Positions 33,106-46,059 of a stretch of DNA of 64,000 nt are shown piece by piece; the first letter of the stretch is position 1, and each line of letters begins with the position of its first letter. This DNA comes from Lama guanicoe. Its lineage: Eukaryota. Position numbers and translations under genes: made by a program. The stretch covers positions 2,854,977 through 2,918,976 of the forward strand of contig MU054338.1 of assembly GCA_013239625.1 (NCBI GenBank), in the 5' to 3' direction. The notes beneath the pieces are model-generated. The model did no database searches, was not told the origin of the DNA, and saw nothing but the letters and a program-made list of their open reading frames with translations.

Positions 33106-36100
33106 CTGCAACAGGATGAGAAGCCTCAGCCCTGCTCTGGCCTTTATGTGACAGAAGCCCTGTCCTCATGTTCAAATCTTTAAGCTGGAGCCAGGCCCAC
33201 CTGGGGCCACTCCCCGCCAGTGACAACACAGTCATGCAGTCAGTCCATCCCCGTAGCAGGGGATCCTCTGACGATGGCCAGGCTGAAGCTGACCCAGTAT
33301 CCAGGGCAGTCAGGCCCTCCCAGACTCCCTGAATCAGGGTCTGGTCACCCTCAGGCCCCCTCCTGCATCCTCCCCAGTAACTCCCTGCGTTTCGAATGCC
33401 ACACTTGTTCTGCTGCTCAGAGGACTACACGCTTGCCACACTCCCGTTTTATAGACAAGAAGTTACTCAAGATCACACTGCAAGTAAGTGGAAAGGTGGG
33501 ACATATTAAACCTAGGAAGGCTGGCCCCAGGATACCTTCCCCTAAGGCCACCCCAAACTAAAGAGCATCCCCCTCATCAAGAATTCAGCAAGAACCTGAG
33601 AGGCCCCGGACCTGCTGCACTCACCAGCCCGCACTCATTGAAGGCCAGGTTCTCATCCTCGGACAGCTTCTGCCCGCCTGAGGCCAGCAGCTCAAAAGGC
33701 AGCCAGTCGCTCTGCAAGGCCTCCCGGACAAACCCGTACAGTGCCGCCACCCGCTCCCGGGCATAGAAGGTCCCTGGGGGCGAGACAGGCAGGTGGCGCT
33801 GGAGCTTGTGGGAACCCCCCTGGGCCCACCCAGCCCCCTGAGCTATCACCCTCCTCGCCTGAAGATGGGGCTGGAGTGCCTCCCCCAGGACGAGCTCAGA
33901 CCGGAGAGGCCTTCCACTCCCTCCCGGGCACAGCAAGCCCAAGGCAGCAGCGGCCACGCCGCGCCCAGAGCCCAGCCTGGCAGGTCAGCCGGGCAGCAGG
34001 CACGCACCCTGGAGGAGGCAGCCGTCGGGGAAGCGCACGCGCAGCAGCGTGTACGTGTACTTGCGCAGCTCCCTCTGCTCCTCCCGCTCGCGCATGGCCT
34101 TGGTCCGCAGCACGCTCAGCCGCTCCACGGCCTCCGACCGGAGCCTCTGCTCCCGCTTGATCTCCTCGGCTGTGAGGGTGAAGAAGTCTGCAGGCAGGTC
34201 AAACTGGGAGGCCAGGGGTGAGGGCCGGAAGACGCGGCGCTGGCGGGCCAGCGTGGCCCGCACGGGCTCGGCGCGCAGCAGCTGCTCCTTGTGCTGCTCC
34301 AGGTTCTCGGGCTGGGCCAGGGCGTCCTCGCTCAGCACGTAGAACTCTTCAGGGCCCTCTGGGGCAGAGACGGACTGATGTCACTGCCGCGGGAGGGAGC
34401 CCCCCACACCGGGCCCTCCCACCCCCTCCTCTAGGCTCAGCCAGGGCCCTTCACTGTCCCTCTTACCCTGGTCAGGGACTGGAAGCAACACCTTCTGGAA
34501 GCCGATAGCCTCAAAAAACTCGTGGGTCCCTTCCAGGCAGTTAATGCGCTCCTGGGAGCGGAGCCAGAGGTCACACAAGACCCTTGGGGCCTTCTTGTGC
34601 CCCATGAACCTCGCTGCCCACACCACCCTCCCAGCCCAGAGGCCCCAGTCTCAGCAGCTGCTGCCCCTGGACAGGATGAATCCCGAAAGCAGTCTGCGGG
34701 GCTAAGCTCAGAGGGCCTGGGACCCCTAACAGTCAACACTAAGGTGAAGGAGGCAGAAGGAAGAGTCAAAGGACAGTGTGGGGAGGCGGGCTGTGTGATG
34801 CTGGATGCAGGTCGGGGCCACCAGGAGACAGCAGTACCCTGCCAGCTGCACGGGTACCACAGGCCAGGGTGGCAGGACCCTGCAATTTCTCCGTAGAAAT
34901 CAAAAGTCTGCATTTGTGTGAAAAACCTCCCCAGTGCTAATGTGTTCCCAGCTAATTCAAAGAAAAGTCAAACACACTGTGGGTGGCAGGGAGAGCAGAC
35001 AACGTCGTGTATTGTGCACGACATGTGCACCTCAACTCCCGAACCCTGTGGGGCCCCTTCTGCAGCCTGGCTTCGGGCACCGCTGGCTGTCTGCAGGCTA
35101 GATGCTCCCACCACCAGACTGGGTCCCCTGTGGCCTCATGGGCCCAGCCACGCCAGTCACGCCAGCCACACCAGGCTACGCCACCCTGGTGGCAGCCCTC
35201 ACCTGGAACACCCTGTTCTGTAGCTTGATCTTCCGGTACTTCTCCTCCTCGGGATGCAGGTGGATGTTGTCTAGGTACCTGGGGAGGACAGGACAGCCGC
35301 TCAGAGCCACACCGGCTCATGCTAAGAGTGACGCCAGGGAAGGCTACCATCATACCTTGGATACCCAGCCCCTGGTGCTGCTGAGGCTGGGCCTCCTCCT
35401 CTGACCTGCCTCCCCCCGAGGGCACCGAGGAACCTGCATAGAGGGGTGGAGCAGGCAGAGCCAGGATAACATCCCCAGAGCCAGCTTGAGGGCTCCTGAG
35501 CAACACAGACCTGTGAGTCCCCGGGGACCTGCTCAATCAGGCGACTGGGGGCGGAGAGACCACGCCTCCTTCACATTCTTCTGATGATCCCGAAGGGAAG
35601 CCGGGGGGGGGGGACCCCCGATTTGGTAAACCCTTTCATAACACAGACAGGTAAACTGAGGCCCAAGGAGGCCAAGCCCCTTCCCTGAGGGCTCAGGGGA
35701 GTGAAGGGTGGGACCCCATGGGATGGGGCCACCCACTTACTTGGCGATGGTGTCCACGCCCAGCTTCACCCGGTCCCGGTCCTTGTTGAAGGTGTGGATC
35801 TTCATGATGGAGGCAGCCACCGGGTCGGTGGAAAAGTGCTGGGAGGAGGGAGGAAAGCAAGTCAGAAAGCACCCACCTTGGGGCCTGGAGGCCACGCCTG
35901 CTGAGCAGCCTGGTCTCAGCACTCAGGTGGCAGCGGTGACACGGGTGATAATGGTAGGAACTGTCTCATAGCAGGCTCCAGCGTGTGACTGAAGCAAACT
36001 CAACTGTACTTGCCCAGCAGCAAAGGAAGAAGAGCTCTTTTGATGACTCCATCACAGGCCTTGGCCCTGCCCTCACCTCTAGGGAAGAGGGGGCGTTGGC

Positions 36101-39100
36101 AGCTGAGCTGACGCCACCCCTCAGGTCAGTCTGACACAGACCTCCACTCTGACCCTGAAGCCCGACCCCAGCACTGAGCTCTGCCAAGGGCGCTGCAGCT
36201 TTCTGGGCACCCAGAACCCACCGGCCACCGTGGATGCACCATCCCCTCCTAATCTCCCAGCCCGACAAGGGGCGTTTCAGAAACAGGTGGCAAAGACAGG
36301 ACACAAAAGAGGTCTGTGACCCGTGGCTGCCTGGCACACAGCTGGGGAGGCAAAATAGTGGAAATACCGCTGACCAGTCCCCAAGCCTCAGGGGTTCCAC
36401 CTGCTTCCCTGGGGAGGGGGGGAGTCGAAGCTGGAACTCTGGAAAGGTCACAGGGCCTACGTTTGATCCCTCAGCCAGCCCAGCCTCTGAGCTGCCCCCC
36501 AACACCAGGGACTGTGTGAACAGCATCCCAGCGGGGAGAGGCTCAGAATGGCAGCTAAAGTGAGGAGCAAGACTGCACAGCAGATCTGCCCACGCTCTGG
36601 ACAGCCACTGCACATGGCCACGCCATGTGGTCTCATTTCTCTGCAGTCCTAGAAAGGCAACAGGCACAGGGCGAGCAGGGCTGCCACCCACATCAGCCCC
36701 AGTTCATCTGCACTGTCCGGTTGACAGCTGGGTCACCAGGGGCGATGTGTCAGAGCACAGACAAGCCGGCACGCTCAGGTCACCCTGGGCAGCCTCACAG
36801 AAGCCCAGCCAGAGGCCTGGCCCGGGCACACTCAGAGATAAGGAAGGGCAGGTGTGGGCCTTGCCCCGGCCCTGCCCCTGCCCCAGCCGCCTCCCTAAAA
36901 CTACACAGGCGTGAGCCTTCAGCAGCCACGCTGGTGGCACTCGGACGTCGGATCCAAACTAGGCCAGCTCTCCTGTGAACCTCAAGTTGGGACCCAGCCC
37001 AGTCTGCCAGTTTAGTTGCTGGAGTAGGACAAAAGGGCCGAAAAGGGCAGAGAAAGCAGGTCTGCAGAGAAACAGTGAGATGGGGGCATCAGGACACGGC
37101 TGAGCAAGGCCAGCCCTGGCAGACCACCCCATCCACCTCCTAAGAGCCAGCAGAGCCACCGCCTGGTGAAGAGCCGCAGCTCCAAACGCCATTCTCAGAT
37201 GTTTCCAGGTGGCCTGCAGCCTCGTTTGAATTAGGGCCAGGGCACACAGACAGACAAGGGGCAAAGGAACAGAGCGTCCGGGAAGAACAGAATCCACATA
37301 AGGATTTACCTGGTGATAAGGGCAGATTTCACAGCTGCGGCCAAAAGACGGGTGTTTTCAATAAATGGGGACTGGGAAAAATCGGTAACTATCTGGGAGA
37401 AAAAACACTAGCTCCATGCTTCATATTCTACACAGGGATAAATTCCAGCTGGATCAAAGCTTTAAACATTAAAACAAAACACACAACAAAAAGCAAAACG
37501 GAAAAGCACTAGAAAAACCATGGAACTGTTTTAATCCCGAGGTGGGGAAAGCCTTTCTAAGTATGCCACAAAACCCGAAAGCCATAAAATAAAACTGACA
37601 CACCGAATTATAGAGAGAAAAAATTTCTACGTGGCAAAGTGGTGTATGTCGACTCTAAAAGTAAACAACCGGAGAGAAGTATTCACAACTCGAACCACAG
37701 CCAAAAGACTGATTTTCCTGATTAAAAAACTGCCTACAAATCAGTAAGAAAAAGAACCAACCCCCAACACAAAAATGGGCAAAGGATGCATTCTCATATG
37801 AAAACACAGCCAACCTAACCCAAAATAAGGGAAATGCAAATGAAAACTAAGCTCTTGTTTTTACCTATCAATTTCGATAAAGACAAAAAAAGTCTGGCAA
37901 CAGTGAATGCAGAGGGGACAAAGAAGTGGGTACTCTGTCACACGCTGCTGGCAGGAGTGTGAGTCCGGACACCCTCATGCAGGGTCACCTGCTCACAACC
38001 ATCCAAAGCCCTACACAAGTGTCCTTTGTCCCAGGAGCTCTGCTTCCGGAACAACCTACAGCTTGAAGTGATGTGCAGACGTTTTCATGTCAACTGTTCT
38101 CACTAGCAAAAGATGAACCTTCCCACATGCTCATCCATGTGGGGCTGGGTAAACAGGGAACAATTTGCAGTGAACAGCACACAGTCGGTATGGAGAAGGC
38201 AGACTTTCCCTCAAACTGCTCAGAAAACAATAAGGGCGACAAAGCAAATGGGATTAAAAATGTTAACAACTGGCAAATCTGGCTAAGACGGGCTGAATGA
38301 TAGATATGTGTGTCCTGATCCCTGGAACCTGCGAATGTGCTAAGTTACCTGGCTGGGGGCAGGAAGGAGGCAGGTAGAGTTGAGGCTGCTGATCAAGTGG
38401 ACCTTAAAATAGGGAGATGAGCCTGGATTATCCGGGTGAGCCCAGCAGACTCAGTCCGGCCCTTAAAAGGGGGATGAGGGAGAGGAGAGAGCAGCAGGGA
38501 GATGGCAGCTGAGAAAGCCCTGGCCTGGCACCGCGGGCGGCGAAGATGGAGGAAGGAGGAAGGAGCCATGGAATTCAGACAGCCTGACTCCCCTCAGGGC
38601 TCCCAGAAGGCACCCTGACTGTAGCTCAGTGAGACCCACGTCCCACTTCATACTTCCGGAACTAAGAGGAGAGACATGCTGTCTGAAGCCACCAAGTTCG
38701 CAGCAATTTGTCAGAACAGTAGTAAGACAAATTAGTAATAAGTTCCTACTGGAACTCAGGCCCTGGGTAAAAGATATTCAGGTGTTCTTTTAGTTCTTGC
38801 AATTTTTCTTTAAGTTTGCAATTACTTCCAGATACAAGGTTTTAAGGAATAAAAAAGAAAAAAATGGGAGTTCTCTCTGTATTGACATAACACCCAGCAG
38901 TTTCCACGTCAGGTATAAATGGTACATTATCTGTTACATAAAATAAAAACACAACAAGTGTGGGGAGCTACAGAGGCTTCGGTGGTTTGTACGCATTAGG
39001 ACTCTGTCTGAAAGGGACGGAAACCACCACCGACAGCTGCCTCGGGGAGGGTGGCCCGGAGATGGGTGGCAGGCAGCTTTTCCCCACCTACCCTTCTGGA

Positions 39101-42100
39101 TTTTGAATTCTATCCCATGTGTGAATATTACCTCCTTAGAGAGAGATTAAAAGAGACCACAGCATACGCAGGTGGGGACGTGACAGGGCCTCGGTGCCAG
39201 CCGGGCTCCTGGGAGGCGGCTCCAGCACCGGGGCGGCGGGCACTCACCGAGAGAATGGCCTCTCTGATGCGGGTGTCCCGCTGGTCCTTCCTCAGGATGG
39301 CCCCTGTGAGCGGGCAGGTGAAGTACACTCCGGGCACCGCCAGGTGGGTCGAGCCTTCTTTGGACTCAGGCACCTGGGAGGAGGGGTGAAGGCGTCTGAG
39401 CTTGGATTGTGAGCCAAAGCCCTGAGAGCTTGGTCCTAGGAGCCAAACACCCCTGGTCCCAATGCTGTCCCCTCCGCCTACTGGCCATGGGACACCTTGG
39501 CCAAGTGGCCAAGCCCCTTTGAGCCTGTCTTCTGGTCTCTAAGATGTCCCACGGGACCACCTCAGACTTAAACAAGGTAAGGAACGTGTGGCAGCTCCAG
39601 ACAGGGCAAGCGCTCAGTCGATGGCTCCTGCTGTTCCCATTCCCCCTCTGGTGAGGAAGGGGCTTTAGTGGAGAGTCAGGAGTCATGGTGCCCTGGACCA
39701 GTCCCAGCCTCACCCTGGCCCTCAATTCCTAGACAATCTTCAGGGTCTCCTCCTTTCTAAAATTCAGTGAGGCCTGACGGGAAGCGCTGCTCAGAACAGC
39801 CTTTCTGCTCAAGTTCTCCTTCTAGGCCTGCCTCCTCCAGGAAACCCGCCCTGATTGCACCAGTCTCTGTGGCACCCTTCTACTTCTAAGTAAGGCAGCA
39901 GAGGGCAGTGCTAGGGTAAGGGCTTTAGAGAAGGACAGACTACGGTTGTAGTCCTGCCCTTGCTGGTTTCGAGGTGCATGATTGAGGACAGCTGGCCTCA
40001 CCTCTCTGAACCTGTTTTCTCTTCTGGAAAGTGGGAGCTATAACAGTACCTACTCTCATGGGGTCACAGGCTGTGGGGATGACTTAGTGGAGGTTCAGTC
40101 CCTCTCCCAACGCCTGGGCCTGGCGTCATTAGGTGCCAAGCGTGCAGGTCCCAGAGGACACCACGTTCCACCACAGCCACCTCAACCTTTCAAGGTGGGG
40201 TCCCCCAACCTCCTTCACACCCCAAGGCCAGAGGTGACTGATCCACTGGGACATCTCTCTGTGTCTCCCCAGCCTCCCCAGCACCTGACGCAGGAGAGCC
40301 CAAGCAGGGCCTCTAAGGGCCCCCAGCTCGCCAACCCCAGGCCGCCCCTCAGGATGTTGTGCTGCCACTAGGGAGGCTCTTACCGTGTTGGTCCCCAGGG
40401 CGTCCAGGTTCCCACTGATAGTCGCTTCAGCTCGAAGTTCCTTTCTCACTGGAGAGACAGGAATGGGTCAGTGTGTGAGCCAGTGAGCCAGGCACGTGCC
40501 CTCCCCGGCCCGGTTCCTCATGTGGGTCAAATTCAAGTTCTTGCAGCTCAAGGTCCCACGAGGCCCCACCGCCTCTCCAAACCCTCAGGCTGTGCCAGAC
40601 CATGCATTCCTCCTGTCTCCCCTCCGCAATCTCCCTGAGGTCTGAGCCACCCAGACCACGGCAGACCCCTCTGCCTTTCACCTGCATCTCCCCTTTGTGG
40701 ACCGGTTCACAACTGTGATTTAAACCACCCCTCCAACTCCAAATCATTGATTAATGCAATGATTTTCACCCGGAGCCAAGCACAGGGTCTGGGACCCATG
40801 AACAGCAGAGGATCAGCCTCGAGGGTGGAGGGGCAGAGGCCTGCACCACCTCTCCCTGCGTCCCCCGACAGCAGCCCAAGGACGGCTGCAGCTCACCCTG
40901 GTTCCGGATGGAGTCCTGCGACGTGGGGCCCCGCGCCCTGGGCTGCTTCTGCTCAAGCCGGGCCAGGGCTGCCGCGGCCGCCATCTGCGCCTCATCAGTG
41001 GGTCCCTGGCGGGGCTGCCGGATCGCCGGCTGGTTGGGCTTTTCTTTGGGGGCCTTCTCCCTGAGCAGACACAGAGGGACAGTGAGGCAACGTGAGGGCA
41101 GGCAGGTGGTGGTTCTGCTCCCAGCTCTGCCCCTTTGGGCAAGTCCTACACCAGCTTGGGCCAGGTAGCTGTCACATGTTAAGTGGAGGTAAGAGCGCCT
41201 GCCCATGAGTGTGGGGCTGTGGAGCTGGCGTGAAGCACCTACCGTCCGCAGGGGCCGAGACCTCATGCCTCTCACTCCCTTCCCTCAGTAAGTCTCCCCT
41301 TCCACTATCTACAATGGTGAGACATCCAGGCTTCGTTTACTGAGCACCTGCTATATGCCAGGCAGCGTGCCAGGAGCTAGCTGGGGCTCAGCCTGTGTAT
41401 TCCTCACACCAACATTCCTCTAGGGGAGGTCTCTAGATCCCCTTTCACAAGCCCCAGAGGGTCATGGAAGCTTGGGCAGCATGCCAGGTCACACGCAAGC
41501 CCTGTGTGGAGTGTGTTACAAAGATCTGGTTTCATCTCCCCTCCTCCTGGGAGGTAAGCAGGTGATTACCCCATGGGATGGGCAGCTTCCTAATCTTAGC
41601 ACGAAAATGACCTGGCCTGACCTCCTTTCCTCAGGACCCTCTCCCGACCTCGGTAGCTGGAATCATTTGTGCTGTATCTCTACCAACTTCTCAGGAACCA
41701 AGGCTGTCAGTTCATGACCCTCACGCCACCACTCTGCTCAGATCCCCAGGCAGCCCTCTTTTCTTGTCCCAAGGCCTCTGGGAGCTTCCTGCCTAGCCCT
41801 GCCCCTCTCTCTAGCCCTCCCCATAGCTGAGGATTTCGCACTGAAGAAAATACCAGTCGTGTAGCTCCACCCAAGCCCCATGTGGTATCTAGATCTTTCT
41901 ATAAAAATGCCATTTTCCAAGACCCCTCACGCACTCCCTTTATGCAGCCAGAGGGATCCTTCTAAAATCCAGGCCAGGGCTTGTCCCTCCTCTGCATAAA
42001 GCCCCCGTAACAAGCACAGGAGAATCCTGGAGCCTCCAAAGCCTATAGGCCCCTTACAACCTGACCCTTTCTCTCATTTACTCCTATCTTATCTACACTC

Positions 42101-43924
42101 CCTGCTGTTTTCACATAGGCCCAACCATTCCTACCACAGGACCTTTGCACTTTCTGTGCCTTATGCCTGGAGTGTGCTGTCTGGGAGCCGGTTGGCAGAG
42201 GCTGCTTCACAGGGGTGTGTGGGTGACAGGGGTTGATTTCCGAATGGCTGAGTCTCACCTCATCCAACTCTCAGTTCAAAGGTCACCTTCTCAGAGAGGC
42301 CTTCCCAGACCACCTAACAGTCCCCAGCGTCCCTATCTTGACACTGTTCATTTTCCTTCATGGTTGATCTTTCATCATTTATACATTGGTTTCCTTGTCC
42401 ACCTCTCCCCACTAGAAGGTGAGCCCTGAGAGGGCAGGGATTTTCTCTCTTTCCCACCGTAACAGTGCTGGACACACCCTCCCACACACCCTCAATTTCC
42501 AGTCTCATTCCAGGCAAGTTACAGAAGCCCAGATCTTCATCTCACTGCCCACTCCTCCCCTCCCAGGTCTCCAGTCTGACAGAGCCATCGCCCACTCGGC
42601 CCCCACCTCCTTCCTGTCACACAGTCTCAGCTGCACCAGCCCCCCCCATCTCCACTGACTACTTGCTGAACAAATGAACGGATCCTCTTGTCTGGCCCAC
42701 GGCTCCCCTGGGCCAGCTGCCCTTCTCTCCCCACCTCAGGCTCCCAGGACCTGCACTCTCCTCCCTTATTCACAGACCTGGCCTTCATGGGCCTCCTTCG
42801 CCCACACAGTGCTCCCCTCCCAGAAACCCCAGGAATGCCCAATCCTCGTGACAGATGCCCTGATGTCCTTGCCACACACCCACTCTCCCTCACCCATGCC
42901 CACTGCCTCATGATTCCCTCACCATCCCTTCCTGCCAGCCTTCCAGACTCTCTGACTCCTCCCAGTTCCCGCCTCTTCACAATCCCTTCCATCATTCCTC
43001 ACAGACCCCTCCCCAGACTTACATCTTTCTTAGTCACTCCCCATCCTAAACTTCCACAGGCCCTCCAGCACCCTCTGTAGCTCCCTGTAGCAACCCCAGC
43101 CCCTCTGAGACTCCCTCTGCACAACCCACCCCGCAGTGATGCCTCCTTCTCAGCCCACCATCCCCTGGTCTGGCATCTGTACCTGCTCCAGCTTTTCACA
43201 GCACTGACCCCTCACACACCTCCCCAAGGAGTCTCCAGTGTTGCCCCCAGGCCCTTCTCTTCTCCAAGTCCTCCCAGACAAGTCAGAGGCCTGGAAGTGC
43301 AGGCCACCTCCCCTCCCCTCCCAGATCTCCCTCAGGGCCTCCAGGCCAGCTCAGCCATCACCCACACAGCCCCCATCTCCTTCCTGTCACAGACTCCTCC
43401 AGCTCCTCGCCTCCATTCACCTGCCTCCATTCTCCTCCCAGACCTTCTTCAGCCCCTCGCAGCATCCCCCGGTTTATCTGGACCTCTCAAGTACCTGACC
43501 ACCCCTCCAACAACGCCTCAGACTCGCTGGCCTTCCAGAACCTCATCCCGTCCTCCCTCTTGCTCCAGAACCAAGGCCCACGTCCCTATTGCCATGGACT
43601 TCAAGTCTCACAACTTTCTGCGACCCCAGCTCTACTTGCTTCTTCAGGATCAGTCCCCAATCTCCGGTCACCTAGATTCCCCTCAATCTTAAGTGATGCC
43701 CCTTCTCTGCTCCCCTGGCCTCTCCTTTACTGCCCACCCTAGCCCGCCAAGATCTCTCCAGACCCCTCACTTCCTGCGGCCCCGCCCCCAGAGGCCTCTC
43801 CTCATGCCCCCGGGCCTCAAGCCCCAGCACCCGTCACGCACCCCACCGACTCTGTGAGCTTCTGACCGGGCCCCGCGCTCTTAAACTTGATGTCGGCCTT
43901 GATCTCCTGGAAGAATTTCTTCAT
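32980..43924 (-). CDS. UBXN6: UBX domain-containing protein 6 (UBXD1; VIM-PUB-UBX p97/VCP adaptor), complete spliced CDS, 10 exons, 440 aa
   Basis: complement(join(32980-33105,33625-33773,34008-34358,34467-34551,35203-35278,35741-35838,39248-39373,40384-40448,40897-41060,43842-43924)) = 1323 nt. All introns are GT-AG with consistent phases. MKKFFQEIKADIKFKSAGPGQKL start, VIM (AAAAALARL), PUB, UBX (LLRVRFPDG). Confidence 0.96.
33625..33773 (-). CDS. UBXN6: UBXN6 exon 9 (UBX)
   Basis: GTFYARERVAALYGFVREAL...NECGL; cccag acceptor, gtgagt donor. Confidence 0.95.
34008..34358 (-). CDS. UBXN6: UBXN6 exon 8 (351 nt; probably corresponds to two human exons)
   Basis: Uninterrupted frame EGPEEFYVL...EIKREQRLRSEAVERLSVLRTKAMRE...FPDGCLLQ; cccag acceptor, gtgcgt donor. 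Confidence 0.93.
34467..34551 (-). CDS. UBXN6: UBXN6 exon 7 (PUB)
   Basis: ERINCLEGTHEFFEAIGFQK; cccag acceptor, gtaaga donor. Confidence 0.95.
35203..35278 (-). CDS. UBXN6: UBXN6 exon 6 (PUB)
   Basis: YLDNIHLHPEEEKYRKIKLQNRVFQ; cccag acceptor, gtgagg donor. Confidence 0.95.
35741..35838 (-). CDS. UBXN6: UBXN6 exon 5 (PUB start)
   Basis: HFSTDPVAASIMKIHTFNKD; cccag acceptor, gtaagt donor. Confidence 0.95.
37290..38250 (+). mobile_element. Old L1 (L1M-type) ORF2/3' fragment
   Basis: A-rich degenerate L1-like text (caataaatggg...aaattccagctggatcaaagc...aaaaatgggcaaagga...gaaatgcaaatgaaaac). Confidence 0.65.
38290..38725 (+). mobile_element. MaLR (MLT1-type) solo LTR
   Basis: ccctggaacctgcgaatgtg...aaatagggagatgagcctggattatccgggtgagccc...aagccaccaagttcgcagcaatttgt. 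Confidence 0.7.
39248..39373 (-). CDS. UBXN6: UBXN6 exon 4
   Basis: HLAVPGVYFTCPLTG; cccag acceptor, gtgagt donor. Confidence 0.94.
40384..40448 (-). CDS. UBXN6: UBXN6 exon 3
   Basis: VRKELRAEATISGNLDALGTNT; tccag acceptor, gtaaga donor. Confidence 0.92.
40897..41060 (-). CDS. UBXN6: UBXN6 exon 2 (VIM)
   Basis: EAQMAAAAALARLEQKQ; ctcag acceptor, gtgagc donor. Confidence 0.95.
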
Positions 43925-44420
43925 GGTGGTGGCGGGCCCAGCGGCAGGGGGCCGCGGGGGCGGGGGGCGCAGGGCCCAGTCAGGGAGGGGCCGGCAGGAG
44001 CTAACAACCGGAAAGAAAATATGGTGCTGCCGGAAGTCCCGCCTTCGAGCGGCCACCCACGTGACAATCGGCTGGGCGTGCCTCTCTAGCTCTCCGCGTC
44101 TTGCTGGCCCCAGAGTGACCGCTCTGCACTCTTGGGCCACGTCTCGGTGGTTCTCCAGGACTCTGTTGCCATCGGCAACGAAGGCGCTCCTAGGCTGTGC
44201 GTGAGCGCTTTTCACCGCGTTCTCCAAAGAGAGACAAGAGAGGGAGGGACAGGCCGACTGACCCTCACGGAGAAAGCGATGGCTCTGTCCTTTCCGCTGC
44301 TCAGGAACCTTCCCTGGCTCCCCAGCGGTTACGCGATAAAGTCCCAATTCAATGCGGGGACATTCAGGGCCCCCACACCCTAGCCCCGCGGTCAGCCCAG
44401 TAGCCCCCACGCACACAGTG
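43780..44420 (-). promoter_or_regulatory. CpG island / UBXN6 promoter (ETS, E-box)
   Basis: CpG-rich; CCGGAAGT 44030-44037; CACGTG 44058-44063. Confidence 0.75.
43842..43924 (-). CDS. UBXN6: UBXN6 exon 1
   Basis: GCCACCACCATG Kozak context; GG|GTGCGT donor. Confidence 0.95.
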
Positions 44421-45654
44421 GAGGAGGGAATGAAGAGGATGCTCAGGGCTAGGGTTTGGAGACCCGGGATGGCGGATCCCCAAGGGGGTTAAATTAAGGA
44501 GACGGAGATTATCCCAAGGGCGTGGGCGGGATTTAAGGAAGAATCTAGTGCAGACCACCTTCCTGAACTTCAGTTTCCTGTCTACAAAATACGGATAAGA
44601 ATAGCACCTGCCTCCGAGGAAGGTTATAAGGATGATGATGCAATATGAAAGCTCTCAATAAATGGCACACGTTATAATGATTTACTCCTTTAATATTTCT
44701 TGAGATTCGGCTCTGTACCAGCAGTGAAGAAAACAGATGAAATTCCCTGACTTCAAAGAGCTCGTGATGTTTTCGATGGGGTTGGAGAGGGGCAGATGAT
44801 ATAAAACTCCAGCGTCGGGTGGATGGTGTTAAGTGCTATGGAGAAAAGTGGAAAACAGGATTTAGGGGAGGTGGGGGTGGGAGCAGTTTTTAACAACAAC
44901 TAAGTTGCAGTCACAGAAAAGGGCATGTTTGAGACCACCAAGGGAATTTGAATGTGTCTGAGCATTAGGTGATATAAAGGAGCTATTGTTGATTTTGACT
45001 AAGTACAGTAAAGGTATCGCACTTCTATGATAAATGTCCTTAATCTTGGGAAATGCTGATTTAGGGGTGAAAGGTCATGAAACATATTTTCAAATGTTTA
45101 AAAACAAATATGTATATATTAACACACATTTTATAAAGCACATATGGTAAAATAACAATTGTTGAATATAGGTGTAGGGTTGTGGTGGTTTTAAAATATG
45201 GGTGAAATAAGAGTGATAATGGCATGGTAGCTATGTTTAAAAATAAGTGTTTATCAGTTAGAGATGTTTTCTGAGGTATTCATGGGTGAAATGCCATCTA
45301 AGATATGTTTTAAAATACTCCAGCAAAAAAAAAAAATTGTAACATACACACAGGCATTTAGGGAGGAATTCTTGTGGCTGCATTTGCTCCACACGGTGGA
45401 GTGTGAGCGTAGTTATTTCTGGAACATTTACTGAGCATCTGCTATGCATCAGGCCAGAAGAGTCACAGCAGGTAACAAGACAGACAGGACCCTGCACTCA
45501 AGGTGCTCACAGTCAAATAGGGACACAGCTAATTAAACAAGTATATAGTGCCAGCTAGGGATAACTTCTACAAAGAAAAGTAAAGCAGGAGTAGAGGAGG
45601 GAATCACGAGTGCTGGGAGTTCTCTTTCACACACGCTGGTAAGGTCTGACATTT

Positions 45655-45762
45655 ATTTATTTAATTTTTTTTTTCAGTTGGAGATACTAGGGATCGAACC
45701 CAGGATCTTATGCATGCTAGGCATGCACTCTACCACTGAGCTATACCCTCTTCCCTACACCA
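45655..45762 (-). mobile_element. tRNA-derived SINE (Vic-1-like)
   Basis: gggatcgaacccagg...ctctaccactgagctataccc; TSD taaggtctga(c/t)attt at 45640-45654 and 45763-45777. Confidence 0.85.
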
Positions 45763-46059
45763 TAAGGTCTGATATTTGAATAGAGACCTCTGAAGGGGAT
45801 GAGGGACCAAACCTGGGGGTACCTGGGAGAAGAGCACTCCAGGAAGAGTGAACAGCAGAGGCCAAGGCTGTGAGGTGGAGCTTATTTAGCAATTTAAAGG
45901 AGCACGGTGCCTAAAGCAGGATGAGGAAAGGGGAGAGTAGAACCTCTGCTAAGAGCAAGTAATACGTGGTCTGATGATCCCCTTGTGGTATATTCTACAG
46001 CCACAAGGAAGTGTGGTCATGGGAACTAAATAGCAGCCAGGGGAGAATCCTTGAGGAGA

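Noticed and set aside
33106..33624. Possible miRNA in the last UBXN6 intron (I recall a human MIR annotation within UBXN6)
   Set aside because: I could not identify a convincing hairpin or mature sequence by eye.
35966..36691. 241-aa ORF in UBXN6 intron 4, and the 216/217-aa ORFs at 59050-59983
   Set aside because: No recognisable domain or splice support; expected by chance in GC-rich introns.
43925..44416. In-frame N-terminal extension of UBXN6 (199-aa ORF); similar extension for HDGFL2 at 52844
   Set aside because: Non-ATG starts in CpG-island promoter sequence. The UBXN6 ATG has a strong Kozak context and both ATGs match the known N-termini.
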